A stretch of 64,000 bases of DNA from Minisyncoccota bacterium (GTDB taxonomy: Bacteria > Patescibacteriota > Minisyncoccia > Phycocordibacterales > XYD1-FULL-46-19): NCBI GenBank assembly GCA_041665625.1, contig JBAYIK010000001.1, forward strand, positions 68,587-132,586, given 5' to 3'. Under the pieces are notes generated by a model that had not been told where the DNA came from, did no database searches, and saw only the letters and a program-made list of their open reading frames with translations. Position numbers and translations under genes: made by a program. Below are positions 17,982 through 27,813 of the stretch, piece after piece. Numbering within the stretch: the first letter of the stretch is position 1; every line of letters begins with the position of its first letter.

Positions 17982-20900
17982 TCCCACACCCGCCCCAAGA
18001 AAGAAGCGTGTTGCTATTGTCGATACCTCTAGCGCGCTCGAAGAGCAGTCACGTGATATCGCTGAAGAGAAATTAACGACCGCCGCCGGAGATCTGCACG
18101 GTGTTAGCGGTTTTGTCTCTAAAATTTGGAAGCACAATCTCTTTAGAGAATATTATCGCCAGAAAGAAATTACCAAAGCTAAGAGCGATATTTCTCTTTC
18201 GGGCAATTTATATACAGGTGAAGGCGCCAATCGCACGGCCCACAATGAGGCCATGGGCAATATCGTTGACCGTTTTACCACTGATTATGACGAAACTATT
18301 CACACTGAGGCCGGCGAAGAAAAAAGAGTTCTTGATGACGCAACACCTGAAGGACAGAGATTGAATCTTGAGACAAGAATTCTCATTCGTGATTACGCCT
18401 CTGGTATTATCAATGAAGCCGCTTTCAAAATTGAACGCGATCGTATCGTGGCCGATGCTACCGGTCTCTCTGGCGAACAACTGCGCGTAGCGGTGAACCA
18501 CACCGATAATCTCTTGGAGATTGCTCGGCAATCCAAATTGGCTTACGAACATGGTGAGAGCCTCGATGCCATTGACCAAGAAGTAGAGATTGTTGTAGGT
18601 AAAGCCAAATTGGGTGTTAGAACGGAGGCCAAATATAATACTGTCGACCGCATTGCGGCCAAATTGCAATCCACGAGGCTTGGCAAATTTGTTAATGAGT
18701 CTACAATCTCGGCTGGTGTCGCGATCGCTTATTCCCTAACTGTTGGTCTCTCGCAGAGACTGGCCCGAAGCAAAGTTTTTGCTATTGGGACGCTCGGTGC
18801 CTCCGCTTTATTGGGCGGCGCAATTGCCGGCGCGCGTGAGAGTGTGAAGGTGGCTGATGAGCGACGACAACATTCACGTGAGCGAGCTAAAGGCAAGGAT
18901 TTCGACCTGAACATGGAACGAAGAATGGAAATGGAAGAAACTATTTATAAAACCGCTTCCGCTAGCGCCCTAACTGAATCTATTACCAATCTATCTGACA
19001 ATGTCGCCAGTGACGCAGACTTTCTGAATGCTCTGAACGAATTGGCGATGGCCGAATCTCGTATCAAACTATCGGATACGGAAAAGATTGATCTACTTTC
19101 TTACTCAGATTTCAAATCTGTTGAGAAAGAGCGCTTGAACCTAGACATTGCACGAGCTCAAGCTAAAGTTAAGCTAAGAAACCTCGCTCAAAGTGGTAAT
19201 TTTTCTACACCTGACGGGCGACCCTTTGATGAATTCTATACATCGGCCGTTGATACCCAGTCCGACTTCCTACGTAATGGGACAGAGGGCATGACCACTA
19301 AAGATCGCGTCTTCCAGAAGATGCGTCGCAAGAAGGTGGCTAAGGCTGTCTTCAAGGCGGCTGTTACCGGCGTCGTTATTGGTGGCGTGGCTCAAGAGAT
19401 AGGCGCTTTTGCTAGTGACAGCAAAGAGGGCCTCTTCGAACATTGGCTTGGCAATAATGGTGGCCACAAGCCAGAGAGCGTGACAGCCTTAGACGGCTTC
19501 AGACGTTGGATTGACGGGGAACACGTTCCCGTCCGAACACTCCATGACACTGTTCTCCCTGATGGCTCTAAGGTCACCCTGCCAGATGGTGTCGAGATTG
19601 CTCCGAATCCTAAAACTCCTGGTGAATTTCTCTTTACTAAAGACGGGGAAGTTGTTTCTGATAAAATTCAATTTGCCGATGGTAAATTAACAGAGGCCTC
19701 AGAAGAAATCCTGAAGCAACAAGGCGTGGATGTTGGGCGTAGCATTACTTATATTAATGAGTCGCACGAAGTGACCACGACAACCAAGGGCTTTGCCAAT
19801 GAACACTCCGAACTCTTCAAGCCGATTCATCGCAAGTTCTGGTATGACAATAACACTACTGTCTTTGATAAAAATGAATTGCGCCTACATTGGGGTGGAC
19901 AAAATGGCACCGGTATTACCGCCGATGGCCATTACTCCTTCAATGTGGCCAAGATGACGCCCGATGGCTCGACCTTCAAGGATCTCTCAATTCAAGCGCA
20001 AGAAGAAATTAAGGCCGGCAAGCTTAGTATGCTTCTCTCGCTTAGTCGTGACACTCAGATGAACGCGGTTGAGGTACCTATTGATGTCCACGGCAACGCC
20101 ATTATTGATCCCGAGAGTCCGATCGGCAAAATGTTCTTTAAGACCGTTGACGGCAAGCTAACCTTCATCGGGAAATTTGCTGAGGTGGCCCACCAAGCTG
20201 GGTTAGCACCAGATGGCGCTCCGCAATATGAAATCTTAGCGACCCATGTTGGGGCCGGAGTTGAAGCTGTCCCTGTACCTGATCAAACTATAACAACTTT
20301 TACAAATACTGTTATTGAGAATCCGGTGACTTCTTTCCAAGTGACAGACACTGAGCCTTATGTAACACCATTTATGCCGATGCCTCTCTTTGGGCGTACT
20401 CCGCTTGAGCGAATGAGAAATGGAGTACCTCGACCACCAGTGGGCCCGGGTGGTTATTATGGCTATGGTGAACCACCAGAGGCGGAGAGTTGGACAGAGA
20501 GTTTTTCACCTCGGATTAGGGAGAATCCTAACGCTCAATTAAATCCACAAGAAGAAGTTGATTGGTATTTTGAGGATCAGGAAAATCGCAATCCAGGTTA
20601 TGCCGAGAATGAACTCTTACCACTTCACCAACAGAATCCTGAGAAAATGGGCAAGAATGTTGAAGGCGTAGTTTGCCTTGCCGTTGCTGGCCACCAGGAA
20701 CATAAGAATATCTTCCGCACGCTTGAGACTTACCGTGTTCAGCAGGACAAGAAGGGCCAAAGTATTTGGAATGGGGACAAGAGTAAGTTTGAGATTCTTG
20801 TCTTTGTTAACTGGCCAGCAGGCAAAGATCCTCAACTAACTCTTGACGAGATTGAGCGTTTCAAACGAGAACACCCTGAGGTACCCGTTCGAGTTTATAC

Positions 20901-21858
20901 CGAAGAAATTACTAATGGGAAAATTGAACTTGGCTGGTATAAGAAAAAAGTTTTTGATCTTGGGCTTAAACGTCACCAAGAAAGGGCTAATGGTAAAGAC
21001 ATACTTCTCATTGCCAACGATGCTGACATGGTCTTCTCTTCGCCACTCTATCTTGAGAGTGTGCGCGGAGCGATGTCCAAACCTGAAAACACCAGTCTTG
21101 ATGCTTTGGTTGGGCGTTATGATCTTGATCCAAGTATTTACGAGAAGCATCCAGCCTTCCACACGGTGATGAGATTCTGGCAATTTATGGAGGCCGCGAT
21201 GAGACAAAAGTATGCCATGGTAGGAACTCAGGGGCGCAATACTATTATGCGAGGCTCGAGTTATGCCGCTGTCGGGGGTAATCGAACCAGAGAATTCTGG
21301 GCGGACGTTGAATTTGGACAACTTTTTGATACCGCGAGGAGAAGAAAGGATACTGTTGCTTACCTGAATAATTCTTGGGTCATGGTTGATCCACGTCGCG
21401 AAATTGATAAATTCTTAAGCGGTGAGAAAGTTGCTCATACCTGGTTTGACTTCAATACCCGAGAAGTCCGCGGGACGAAGAGCCAATACACAACAACTAG
21501 CAACTTAGATGCGGAAGCCCTTGCCGATTTACCAGAGACAGATGCTGAAGTGATAACTTTCAAGAATCGAATTGAGGATGAGATTAAGGAAATTATTAAC
21601 GTCTTCTTCCCACCGATTAATCAAGGCTATATCTCTTCCTCTGACATGGCCGAGAAACATTTTGCCGATGTCAAAGAATTGACCGAGAAGGCGGCTCGAT
21701 TAATGGGGCTAAAGATAGAGGTCACTCACGACGGTCAAAAACTAGAACTTCATATTCTCGATACTGCTGAATTAAGAAAGAATCTTAAAGACTATAAACT
21801 GAAGAATCGCAAAGAAGTAAAATTGAATTCGCGCAATCGTCGCAATCCTCTGTTATAA
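17965..21858 (+). CDS. giant hypothetical protein (1297 aa) with N-terminal hydrophobic segments; possible GT-A-like C-terminal region (weak)
   Basis: Long uninterrupted ORF; hydrophobic helices near residues 250-300 and ~470; IANDADMVF resembles a DxD motif but no confident family. Confidence 0.65.
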   Translation: MTETFNPTPAPRKKRVAIVDTSSALEEQSRDIAEEKLTTAAGDLHGVSGFVSKIWKHNLFREYYRQKEITKAKSDISLSGNLYTGEGANRTAHNEAMGNIVDRFTTDYDETIHTEAGEEKRVLDDATPEGQRLNLETRILIRDYASGIINEAAFKIERDRIVADATGLSGEQLRVAVNHTDNLLEIARQSKLAYEHGESLDAIDQEVEIVVGKAKLGVRTEAKYNTVDRIAAKLQSTRLGKFVNESTISAGVAIAYSLTVGLSQRLARSKVFAIGTLGASALLGGAIAGARESVKVADERRQHSRERAKGKDFDLNMERRMEMEETIYKTASASALTESITNLSDNVASDADFLNALNELAMAESRIKLSDTEKIDLLSYSDFKSVEKERLNLDIARAQAKVKLRNLAQSGNFSTPDGRPFDEFYTSAVDTQSDFLRNGTEGMTTKDRVFQKMRRKKVAKAVFKAAVTGVVIGGVAQEIGAFASDSKEGLFEHWLGNNGGHKPESVTALDGFRRWIDGEHVPVRTLHDTVLPDGSKVTLPDGVEIAPNPKTPGEFLFTKDGEVVSDKIQFADGKLTEASEEILKQQGVDVGRSITYINESHEVTTTTKGFANEHSELFKPIHRKFWYDNNTTVFDKNELRLHWGGQNGTGITADGHYSFNVAKMTPDGSTFKDLSIQAQEEIKAGKLSMLLSLSRDTQMNAVEVPIDVHGNAIIDPESPIGKMFFKTVDGKLTFIGKFAEVAHQAGLAPDGAPQYEILATHVGAGVEAVPVPDQTITTFTNTVIENPVTSFQVTDTEPYVTPFMPMPLFGRTPLERMRNGVPRPPVGPGGYYGYGEPPEAESWTESFSPRIRENPNAQLNPQEEVDWYFEDQENRNPGYAENELLPLHQQNPEKMGKNVEGVVCLAVAGHQEHKNIFRTLETYRVQQDKKGQSIWNGDKSKFEILVFVNWPAGKDPQLTLDEIERFKREHPEVPVRVYTEEITNGKIELGWYKKKVFDLGLKRHQERANGKDILLIANDADMVFSSPLYLESVRGAMSKPENTSLDALVGRYDLDPSIYEKHPAFHTVMRFWQFMEAAMRQKYAMVGTQGRNTIMRGSSYAAVGGNRTREFWADVEFGQLFDTARRRKDTVAYLNNSWVMVDPRREIDKFLSGEKVAHTWFDFNTREVRGTKSQYTTTSNLDAEALADLPETDAEVITFKNRIEDEIKEIINVFFPPINQGYISSSDMAEKHFADVKELTEKAARLMGLKIEVTHDGQKLELHILDTAELRKNLKDYKLKNRKEVKLNSRNRRNPLL

Positions 21859-21884
21859 GAGAAAATAAGTTTAGTATTTAAACT

Positions 21885-22475
21885 ATGGCTGATGATTTAA
21901 ACAATATCGAAACTCCTAGTACTCCGACTCCGGTTGAACCAGTCGTCCCAAATCCCGAACAAGTTGCCCCGACACTAGAGCCAGTAATCCCGCCAGCAGA
22001 GACTGCTCCTATTCCTGAGCCTGTCATTCCTCCAGCTGAATCTGTTCCTGTTCCGGTGGTAGAAGAGCCAGTTCCTGTCCCAGCCCCGGTACCAGAACCC
22101 ATTGTCCCTGTTCCTGTCACTCCAGTTGAAACGAAACCAGCCGAAGTGCCGGTCACTGTTTCTGAAGCCAAACCACTGCCGGTAGTAACTCCAGCGATTG
22201 AGACAATTGAGGATTATAGTCTCATGAGGCCGTCTAAAGGTTTCATGGCTTGGCTCCGAGCTAAGGCTCAGGCGGCTCTTCGGGCTCTTCGTCAGAAGAA
22301 GCTCAATCGTATAATGACCCTCTTCGACAAGAAGCCCCAAGTGACCAATGATATGGTCGAGAAACTTCTGCGCGTCTCTCATGGCACGGCCACTAAATAT
22401 CTTAATATTTTAGTTAAAGATGGGAAACTTAAACGTGAAGGACAAGGTTCCGCTGTCCACTACGAGAAAATTTAA
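21885..22475 (+). CDS. Pro-rich repeat protein with C-terminal winged-helix-like DNA-binding domain
   Basis: N-terminal PxxP/PVxP repeats (PVEPVVPNPEQVAP...); C-terminal helix-turn-helix-like LLRVSHGTATKYLNILVKDGKLKREGQGSAVHY. Confidence 0.5.
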   Translation: MADDLNNIETPSTPTPVEPVVPNPEQVAPTLEPVIPPAETAPIPEPVIPPAESVPVPVVEEPVPVPAPVPEPIVPVPVTPVETKPAEVPVTVSEAKPLPVVTPAIETIEDYSLMRPSKGFMAWLRAKAQAALRALRQKKLNRIMTLFDKKPQVTNDMVEKLLRVSHGTATKYLNILVKDGKLKREGQGSAVHYEKI

Positions 22476-22478
22476 TTT

Positions 22479-23288
22479 CTAACTCCCAAAGGTCATAAAA
22501 TTCGAACTCTCATAGCGCTTAACGGCGTAGTTAAAAAGTTTTAGTGATAAAACAAACCAGATAAGGCCAAGGGCAATGGTTAGGATTATTTTTGATAGTG
22601 ACACATCACGCACCGCTTCTACTGGTATCGCTCCGAGCAAAAGTGAGGGAACAATAAAAGTAAAGACAAAGCGCATCACGCCTTGGAAGGCGCCACCGTG
22701 GAAGAGTGATGGGGTTAAGAAAAATTCGAAGAGGCCTCGAGTGACGTTCTCTGCTTCAGTAAAGAAGAAACTTAAAGAGTAAATCATTATGGTTACGGCC
22801 AAGAAAACAAGCGAGGTCGCGAGAATCATTAAAATAATTAAGGCAATCTGAAAGAGACTAGCTTGAATCAGGATGGCGTAGATGATAAGACAGGCCAGCC
22901 CGAAGATAAAGTCACCGATAACCGAAGCACCAAAGTAGGAGGTGGCGACGCGAAGCAGAAGATTCTTGGGCGAGAGCATGAAGTGGTCGAAGACGCCGGA
23001 TAGGGTATATTCAGAAATACGCCGAATGCCCCCGGCCACTGAGAAAACGATGCCATAGGAGATAGTTGAGAAGCCCATCAAGCCGATAATATCCGCCGCT
23101 GTCCAACCGCCGATAACCCCCACCGACTTGACGAAGAAGACCCAGAGGATGATGAAGGCAGTGTTGTTGATCGCCATACCAACAACGTTCATCAAGAAGC
23201 TTGTGCGTAGCTCAGCACTACTCTGGATATTCTTTTTTATTGCGTATAAAGCAAAATATAATTCTTTTTTCATATTTTTAACCACCAT
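22479..23288 (-). CDS. ABC-2 family transporter permease
   Basis: 6 predicted TM helices; downstream in a three-gene ABC exporter operon. Confidence 0.65.
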   Translation of the reverse strand: MVVKNMKKELYFALYAIKKNIQSSAELRTSFLMNVVGMAINNTAFIILWVFFVKSVGVIGGWTAADIIGLMGFSTISYGIVFSVAGGIRRISEYTLSGVFDHFMLSPKNLLLRVATSYFGASVIGDFIFGLACLIIYAILIQASLFQIALIILMILATSLVFLAVTIMIYSLSFFFTEAENVTRGLFEFFLTPSLFHGGAFQGVMRFVFTFIVPSLLLGAIPVEAVRDVSLSKIILTIALGLIWFVLSLKLFNYAVKRYESSNFMTFGS

Positions 23289-24078
23289 TTACCGAAACTT
23301 TTTTCTTCGCTTGCTCGAACATAAAATAAACAACGATGCTAATTATAATAATCCAGAAAATTTGGATTCCAATGAGTTGGTACCAATTACTCGCCCAAGA
23401 CTCATTAACGGTGTGAGTGACGAATTGTGAGGCTCCAAATGGGCTGTAGAGAGCCATTTTGTACATTAGAGGAGGAAAGAGCGCTACCGGGAGATATGAC
23501 CCTCCTAGAATCATTATCGCTTTATCCACGATCCAGAAGACGGGGTTCACATCCTCAATCCAGAAGGCGAGAAGCCCCACAGCGATATAGATTAGGAGTG
23601 ACAAAGCTCCAGCAAACAAGAAAGTCAAAATAAGGGTGGGGAGGAAAAGGCTCAAGGTCATTGTGAACGGCAAACCAATGAGCAAGTAGAGACCCAGACC
23701 GGCAACTGCCGTGATAACAAGAAAGGAATATAGACCAAGGCCAATTTGCCACCAAGCTCGATAAGAAAGATAAGAAACGGGTTTGCTAAAAAGGACTTCG
23801 ACATTACCACTCTGAATATCTACCATTATTTGTCGAGCAATATCACGGAGACGAAGAGTTGAGAAAGAAAAATAGAAGAAAATGCTCCAGGCAACAAAAA
23901 CAAAGCTGGTACCGTTGATGAGGCCGCCCTTCAGATTATAGACATACCAATATAGGAGTAATAAAATTCCACACCGTGAGATAACCGTGAGTGTGTCCAC
24001 CATAAGTCGCCCGGGATATTGCAAGCGATCCTTGGTTAGAGTTTTTAGAATTTTAATAGCCAGTCGAGTCTCTTTCAT
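23278..24078 (-). CDS. ABC-2 family transporter permease
   Basis: Multi-TM protein overlapping the ATPase gene end by 26 nt. Confidence 0.65.
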   Translation of the reverse strand: MKETRLAIKILKTLTKDRLQYPGRLMVDTLTVISRCGILLLLYWYVYNLKGGLINGTSFVFVAWSIFFYFSFSTLRLRDIARQIMVDIQSGNVEVLFSKPVSYLSYRAWWQIGLGLYSFLVITAVAGLGLYLLIGLPFTMTLSLFLPTLILTFLFAGALSLLIYIAVGLLAFWIEDVNPVFWIVDKAIMILGGSYLPVALFPPLMYKMALYSPFGASQFVTHTVNESWASNWYQLIGIQIFWIIIISIVVYFMFEQAKKKVSVNGG

Positions 24079-25048
24079 ATATATGACGAATCACGGTCTC
24101 AAGATCGGCGTTATAGACATCAAGATCCTCAACCTCAAAGAGACCCAGTAATTGGCGCAGAGAATCTTGGAGATTCATTTGGTTGACGTTGGCCACAACT
24201 GTAATCTTAGCCTTATCTTTGGCGAGATAACGTAGGCCTTCTGGCAAGGCTGGGAATTCGGTGAATTTATTTTTAGCAATGAGGTCAATATATTTCTCAT
24301 AAGCAAAAGTCTTAGCCAGTTCGGTTGTTGGGATATCTTTAATTACCAGCCCATGATTAATAATAGTGCGATCACACAGAGACTCAATGTCACCGACATC
24401 GTGGGAAGTTAAGAAGATAGTAGTTTTTTCTTCTTTGTTAATTTTCAATAATAAATCACGCAAAGCTTTTTTGGCGACGACATCCAAGCCAATGGTTGGT
24501 TCGTCGAGAAGAATAATTTGAGGTTTGTGAATTAAAGATGCCGCCACTTCGGCTCTCATGCGTTGGCCCAGTGAGAGCTTGCGTACTGGTTGGCGGATAA
24601 AATCACCGAGGTCAAAGAGTTTTACCAATTCGGCAATACGCACTTTAATTTCCTCATCAGGGATGTCATACATCACGCCAAAGAATTCTAATGAGTCAGT
24701 GAGAGGTAGATTGGGAAAGAGTTGCGAGCGCTGACCAAAGACAGTGCCAATCTTATAGGCCAATTGCTTGCGATCTTTAGTAGGGTCAAGACCTAAGACA
24801 CTAATTGTACCAGCTGTCGGGAAGAGAATCCCGGTAAGCATCTTGATGGTCGTAGACTTGCCCGCGCCATTGGGGCCAATGAAGGCTACGCGTTCGCCCG
24901 ACTTAATAGAGAAAGAGATGTTATCAACAGCGATTATCTCCTTGGTTTCGGGGACAAATAAATTCTTAATCCAGCCGTGAGAAGCATTCTTCGCTTTGTA
25001 AGTGAATTTTTTAGTTAAGCCAGAGACAATAATTGAATTAGCTTTCAT
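24053..25048 (-). CDS. ABC transporter ATP-binding protein
   Basis: Walker A GPNGAGKSTT, signature LSLGQRMR, Walker [13 protein letters not shown]. Confidence 0.9.
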   Translation of the reverse strand: MKANSIIVSGLTKKFTYKAKNASHGWIKNLFVPETKEIIAVDNISFSIKSGERVAFIGPNGAGKSTTIKMLTGILFPTAGTISVLGLDPTKDRKQLAYKIGTVFGQRSQLFPNLPLTDSLEFFGVMYDIPDEEIKVRIAELVKLFDLGDFIRQPVRKLSLGQRMRAEVAASLIHKPQIILLDEPTIGLDVVAKKALRDLLLKINKEEKTTIFLTSHDVGDIESLCDRTIINHGLVIKDIPTTELAKTFAYEKYIDLIAKNKFTEFPALPEGLRYLAKDKAKITVVANVNQMNLQDSLRQLLGLFEVEDLDVYNADLETVIRHIYERDSTGY

Positions 25049-25105
25049 TCAATTTATTTTAACACAAGGGAGTGTTTTTAGTTAAAAGGGGATAACGAAT
25101 TAATA

Positions 25106-25133
25106 TTGACAATATTTAAATATACTTTATAAT
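25106..25133 (+). promoter_or_regulatory. consensus sigma70-like promoter (TTGACA-16-TATAAT) driving GC-rich islet 3
   Basis: TTGACA 25106-25111, TATAAT 25128-25133. Confidence 0.55.
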
Positions 25134-25196
25134 CTCAAGTAGAAAAACCGAGCCAGATCGGCTCATAACGCTCATTGAGAGAAGGACTAGAGAAAG

Positions 25197-25724
25197 ATGA
25201 AGACTTTTAGCGTCCTCATTTTGGGGACAGAATGTCGAGATCTGGCATCAGGCCTGAAAGGGACCGTGACGCACTGGACCTGCGACATGGGAGGGAGAGT
25301 TGAATACTTCTTCCAGCCCCTCGGGTTGGATGAGGACGGACAACCGGTCAAGAAGCTTTATGTCTGCGACCAACGACTGGAGGTCAAGCCGAAGGACTTC
25401 GAAGCGGTAGAGGTGCCCTTCGAGATCCTTGGGACGATAGTCACCGACAAGGCCAGCGGGTTCACCGGTATGGCGATAAACTTCGTTCGCCATCTCAATG
25501 GGTGTTTCCATGTGGTGATCCAGCCACAGGGGATGCTCAAGGGGAAGAACGTCCCGGTTGAAGCGGCGGATTTTGACCTCAGAGGCTGCAAGGGGAAGAT
25601 GATAACGCAGATGTCGGAGGAAGAGAAGAAGGAAAGCACACAGAAGAATCCTTCCCCCACCGGCGATCGTTTCACTCGGCCCCAGCCCCCCTCGTCCCCG
25701 AAGCCCCCTTCTTGCCGGCGATAG
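25197..25724 (+). CDS. hypothetical protein (GC-rich islet 3)
   Basis: 175-aa ORF, ~57% GC, Pro/Ser-rich basic C-terminus; no motif. Confidence 0.5.
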   Translation: MKTFSVLILGTECRDLASGLKGTVTHWTCDMGGRVEYFFQPLGLDEDGQPVKKLYVCDQRLEVKPKDFEAVEVPFEILGTIVTDKASGFTGMAINFVRHLNGCFHVVIQPQGMLKGKNVPVEAADFDLRGCKGKMITQMSEEEKKESTQKNPSPTGDRFTRPQPPSSPKPPSCRR

Positions 25725-25735
25725 CCTGGCAAATC

Positions 25736-25778
25736 CCGCCCGAAGAGCCGCTCGCTCTTCGGGCGGTTTCTATTTTTG
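25736..25778 (+). terminator. strong rho-independent terminator
   Basis: ccgcccgaagagc-cgctc-gctcttcgggcgg perfect 13-bp stem followed by tttctattttt. Confidence 0.75.
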
Positions 25779-26111
25779 GATTAAATCTCTTAAATTTGTT
25801 ATAGTTTCCCCATGTCATTAAGTATCGGAATCCTGCGAGCGTCGCACGTCTGTTTGAGATCAAAGAAAGTACCTTCCTTCTTCCATTCGAGTTCGTAATA
25901 AAATTACCTAAGCCTAAATGGCAAACAATTAAGGGGTTTAAACGCCCTAAAAAAGAGGGGATTAAATAAACTTATAAAACATTGACATTTTTTGTAAATG
26001 TTATATAACATAAGAGGATTAAAACTTTGTCAAAGACTAGGAATAATAAGGAATTGAGGCTCAAAACAACAACCCAACTCTTAATTGAGTAGGGAGTGAG
26101 GAGACCGCTTC

Positions 26112-27329
26112 ATGAAGAACTTGTTGGTAGTGGTACTTGTGGTACTGTTCAGCCTGACCTTGGCCCTGTCGGCCCAGGCTGGCGCCTTCAGCCCAACACC
26201 CGGTGGACGTTCCACTGGGACCCAACTTGGAGGAGACCAGAGCGACGGTTCGCTTCTGGCTTCGGACCTTTGGGGGTATTTTGACCTCCACAAGGAAGAG
26301 AAACTCAAACTGAATTTTGGCACAGAAGTTATCGTGCCCAAGTTTACTGTCGAGGACGCCTTCGGACACAAGCAGGCATCGCGAGGAATTTACCATCCGC
26401 TACCGTGGGCAACCGCGGCGTGGCAGGTGAGCGATAAACTCGCCGTAGGCTTGAATGTCGACAACCCCTTCCGGCTCGGTTCGGCCTACAAGGCCAACCC
26501 CTACCAGTATGGGTTCGACACACAGAGCCTTGTCGGTCTCACAACCGCAAGCTTTCTCGCTGATATCAAACTCAGCGACAAACTGCACTTGTCGTTCGGA
26601 CCAGTCGTTGGGGTGGCACAGGTCATCTACAACGCAGCCTTCGACCTCGACCGTACGCCGCTCCCGATCTTTACTGAGACCAAAGCCATGGGCATTGGTT
26701 TTGGGGGAACAGCGAGCTTGTTCTGGTCACCTAACGACCGGACGAGGTTGGGCTTGCAGTATGTGAGCCCGATAGCCCCGGATATCTGGGGACACACCAA
26801 GATCCATATTTTGGGGTTCACGATTAAGGACCGCATCGAATTGCGGGATATCGTGTTCCCACAGACGGTCACGGTGGCCGGGAGTTACCAAATTACCGAC
26901 CGAATCCAACTTGACGGCGACGCTTACTGGGCGAATTACAACAACACCCCGCGCGCGTTCGAGCTCAAGTTCCGTAACTTGGGTATTGTTCACCCTCTCC
27001 CCACCGAATTTGTCGATGTCTTCGGTATCCACGCCGGAGCCAACTACAAAATCAATGAGGACTGGATGGTTCGCGGAGGAGTTGGCTGGCTCTCACAGGG
27101 TGTGCCTGACAAGAGGTTGGACACTCTGACTCAAGACGTCGCGGGCTGGGATCTGGCCGCAGGTCTCAGCTATAAGGGTCTCAACTTCGGTTGGACCCAT
27201 GCTTGGGGATCAAGCAACACGGGGAGTGGTCTTTCGTACAAGAAATACGGCATCACCATCGACACCTTCAGCGTCGGGGGAACCATCCAATGGCGCCCAC
27301 GGCCCAACAATTGCAACAACAGGAGTTAA
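26112..27329 (+). CDS. secreted beta-barrel protein resembling the FadL/OmpP1/TodX outer-membrane transporter family (tentative)
   Basis: Signal peptide (LVVVLVVLFSLTLALSAQA). Alternating-hydrophobic amphipathic beta-strands throughout (GLSYKGLNFGWTHAW, YGITIDTFSVGG, YQITDRIQLDGDAYWANY). Segment PWATAAWQVSDKLAVGLNVDNPFRLGSAY resembles FadL [20 protein letters not shown]. ~56% GC. Confidence 0.45.
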   Translation: MKNLLVVVLVVLFSLTLALSAQAGAFSPTPGGRSTGTQLGGDQSDGSLLASDLWGYFDLHKEEKLKLNFGTEVIVPKFTVEDAFGHKQASRGIYHPLPWATAAWQVSDKLAVGLNVDNPFRLGSAYKANPYQYGFDTQSLVGLTTASFLADIKLSDKLHLSFGPVVGVAQVIYNAAFDLDRTPLPIFTETKAMGIGFGGTASLFWSPNDRTRLGLQYVSPIAPDIWGHTKIHILGFTIKDRIELRDIVFPQTVTVAGSYQITDRIQLDGDAYWANYNNTPRAFELKFRNLGIVHPLPTEFVDVFGIHAGANYKINEDWMVRGGVGWLSQGVPDKRLDTLTQDVAGWDLAAGLSYKGLNFGWTHAWGSSNTGSGLSYKKYGITIDTFSVGGTIQWRPRPNNCNNRS

Positions 27330-27335
27330 GTCGCC

Positions 27336-27587
27336 ATGAAGAAGCTCTATTTTTGGGGAATTGAATTCCCCCTACAGACCCTGCTCACAGCCATCTTGTC
27401 ACTCGTCTTCGGGCTGGGCTTCTCGATCTGGATTGCTGTGATGCATCTGGTCGAAATCCGCTCGTTTTGGACCGGTTGGCGTGATGAGTTGACCTTCTGG
27501 ACAGGAGGAGTCGTGACGTTCTTTCTTGGAGCAATTCTTTGCCCTGTCTATGGCCTTCAAGAGGTCTGGGCTGAGGCTCACACCTAG
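27336..27587 (+). CDS. small membrane protein (2 TM)
   Basis: 83-aa ORF 6 nt after the beta-barrel gene, two hydrophobic helices. Confidence 0.4.
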   Translation: MKKLYFWGIEFPLQTLLTAILSLVFGLGFSIWIAVMHLVEIRSFWTGWRDELTFWTGGVVTFFLGAILCPVYGLQEVWAEAHT

Positions 27588-27813
27588 TCCACACGCAATG
27601 ACCGCACAATCGGCCACTTTCCACAGGGAGAGGGGCCGATTTCTAATTGACCTAAAATTTTAAGCATCAATCTTCTAACCGTTGACAGGTAAGAGATTAT
27701 GAGCTATTCTATTGACAGATTCGTAAGAATGATGGATTATCTGCCATCTTCAAGCGATTGATCTTATTATATGGTTACGAGGTTAAAGAATACCCCTAAA
27801 AAGGAGAAGTCCC

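Noticed and set aside
21878-22382. Minus-strand ORFs 21878..22171 (Gly/Thr-rich) and 21975..22382
   Set aside because: Antisense to the Pro-rich repeat region of 21885..22475; repeat-driven open frames
26061-27129. Multiple short ORFs on both strands inside 26112..27329
   Set aside because: GC-rich region artefacts; the long signal-peptide ORF is the coherent reading
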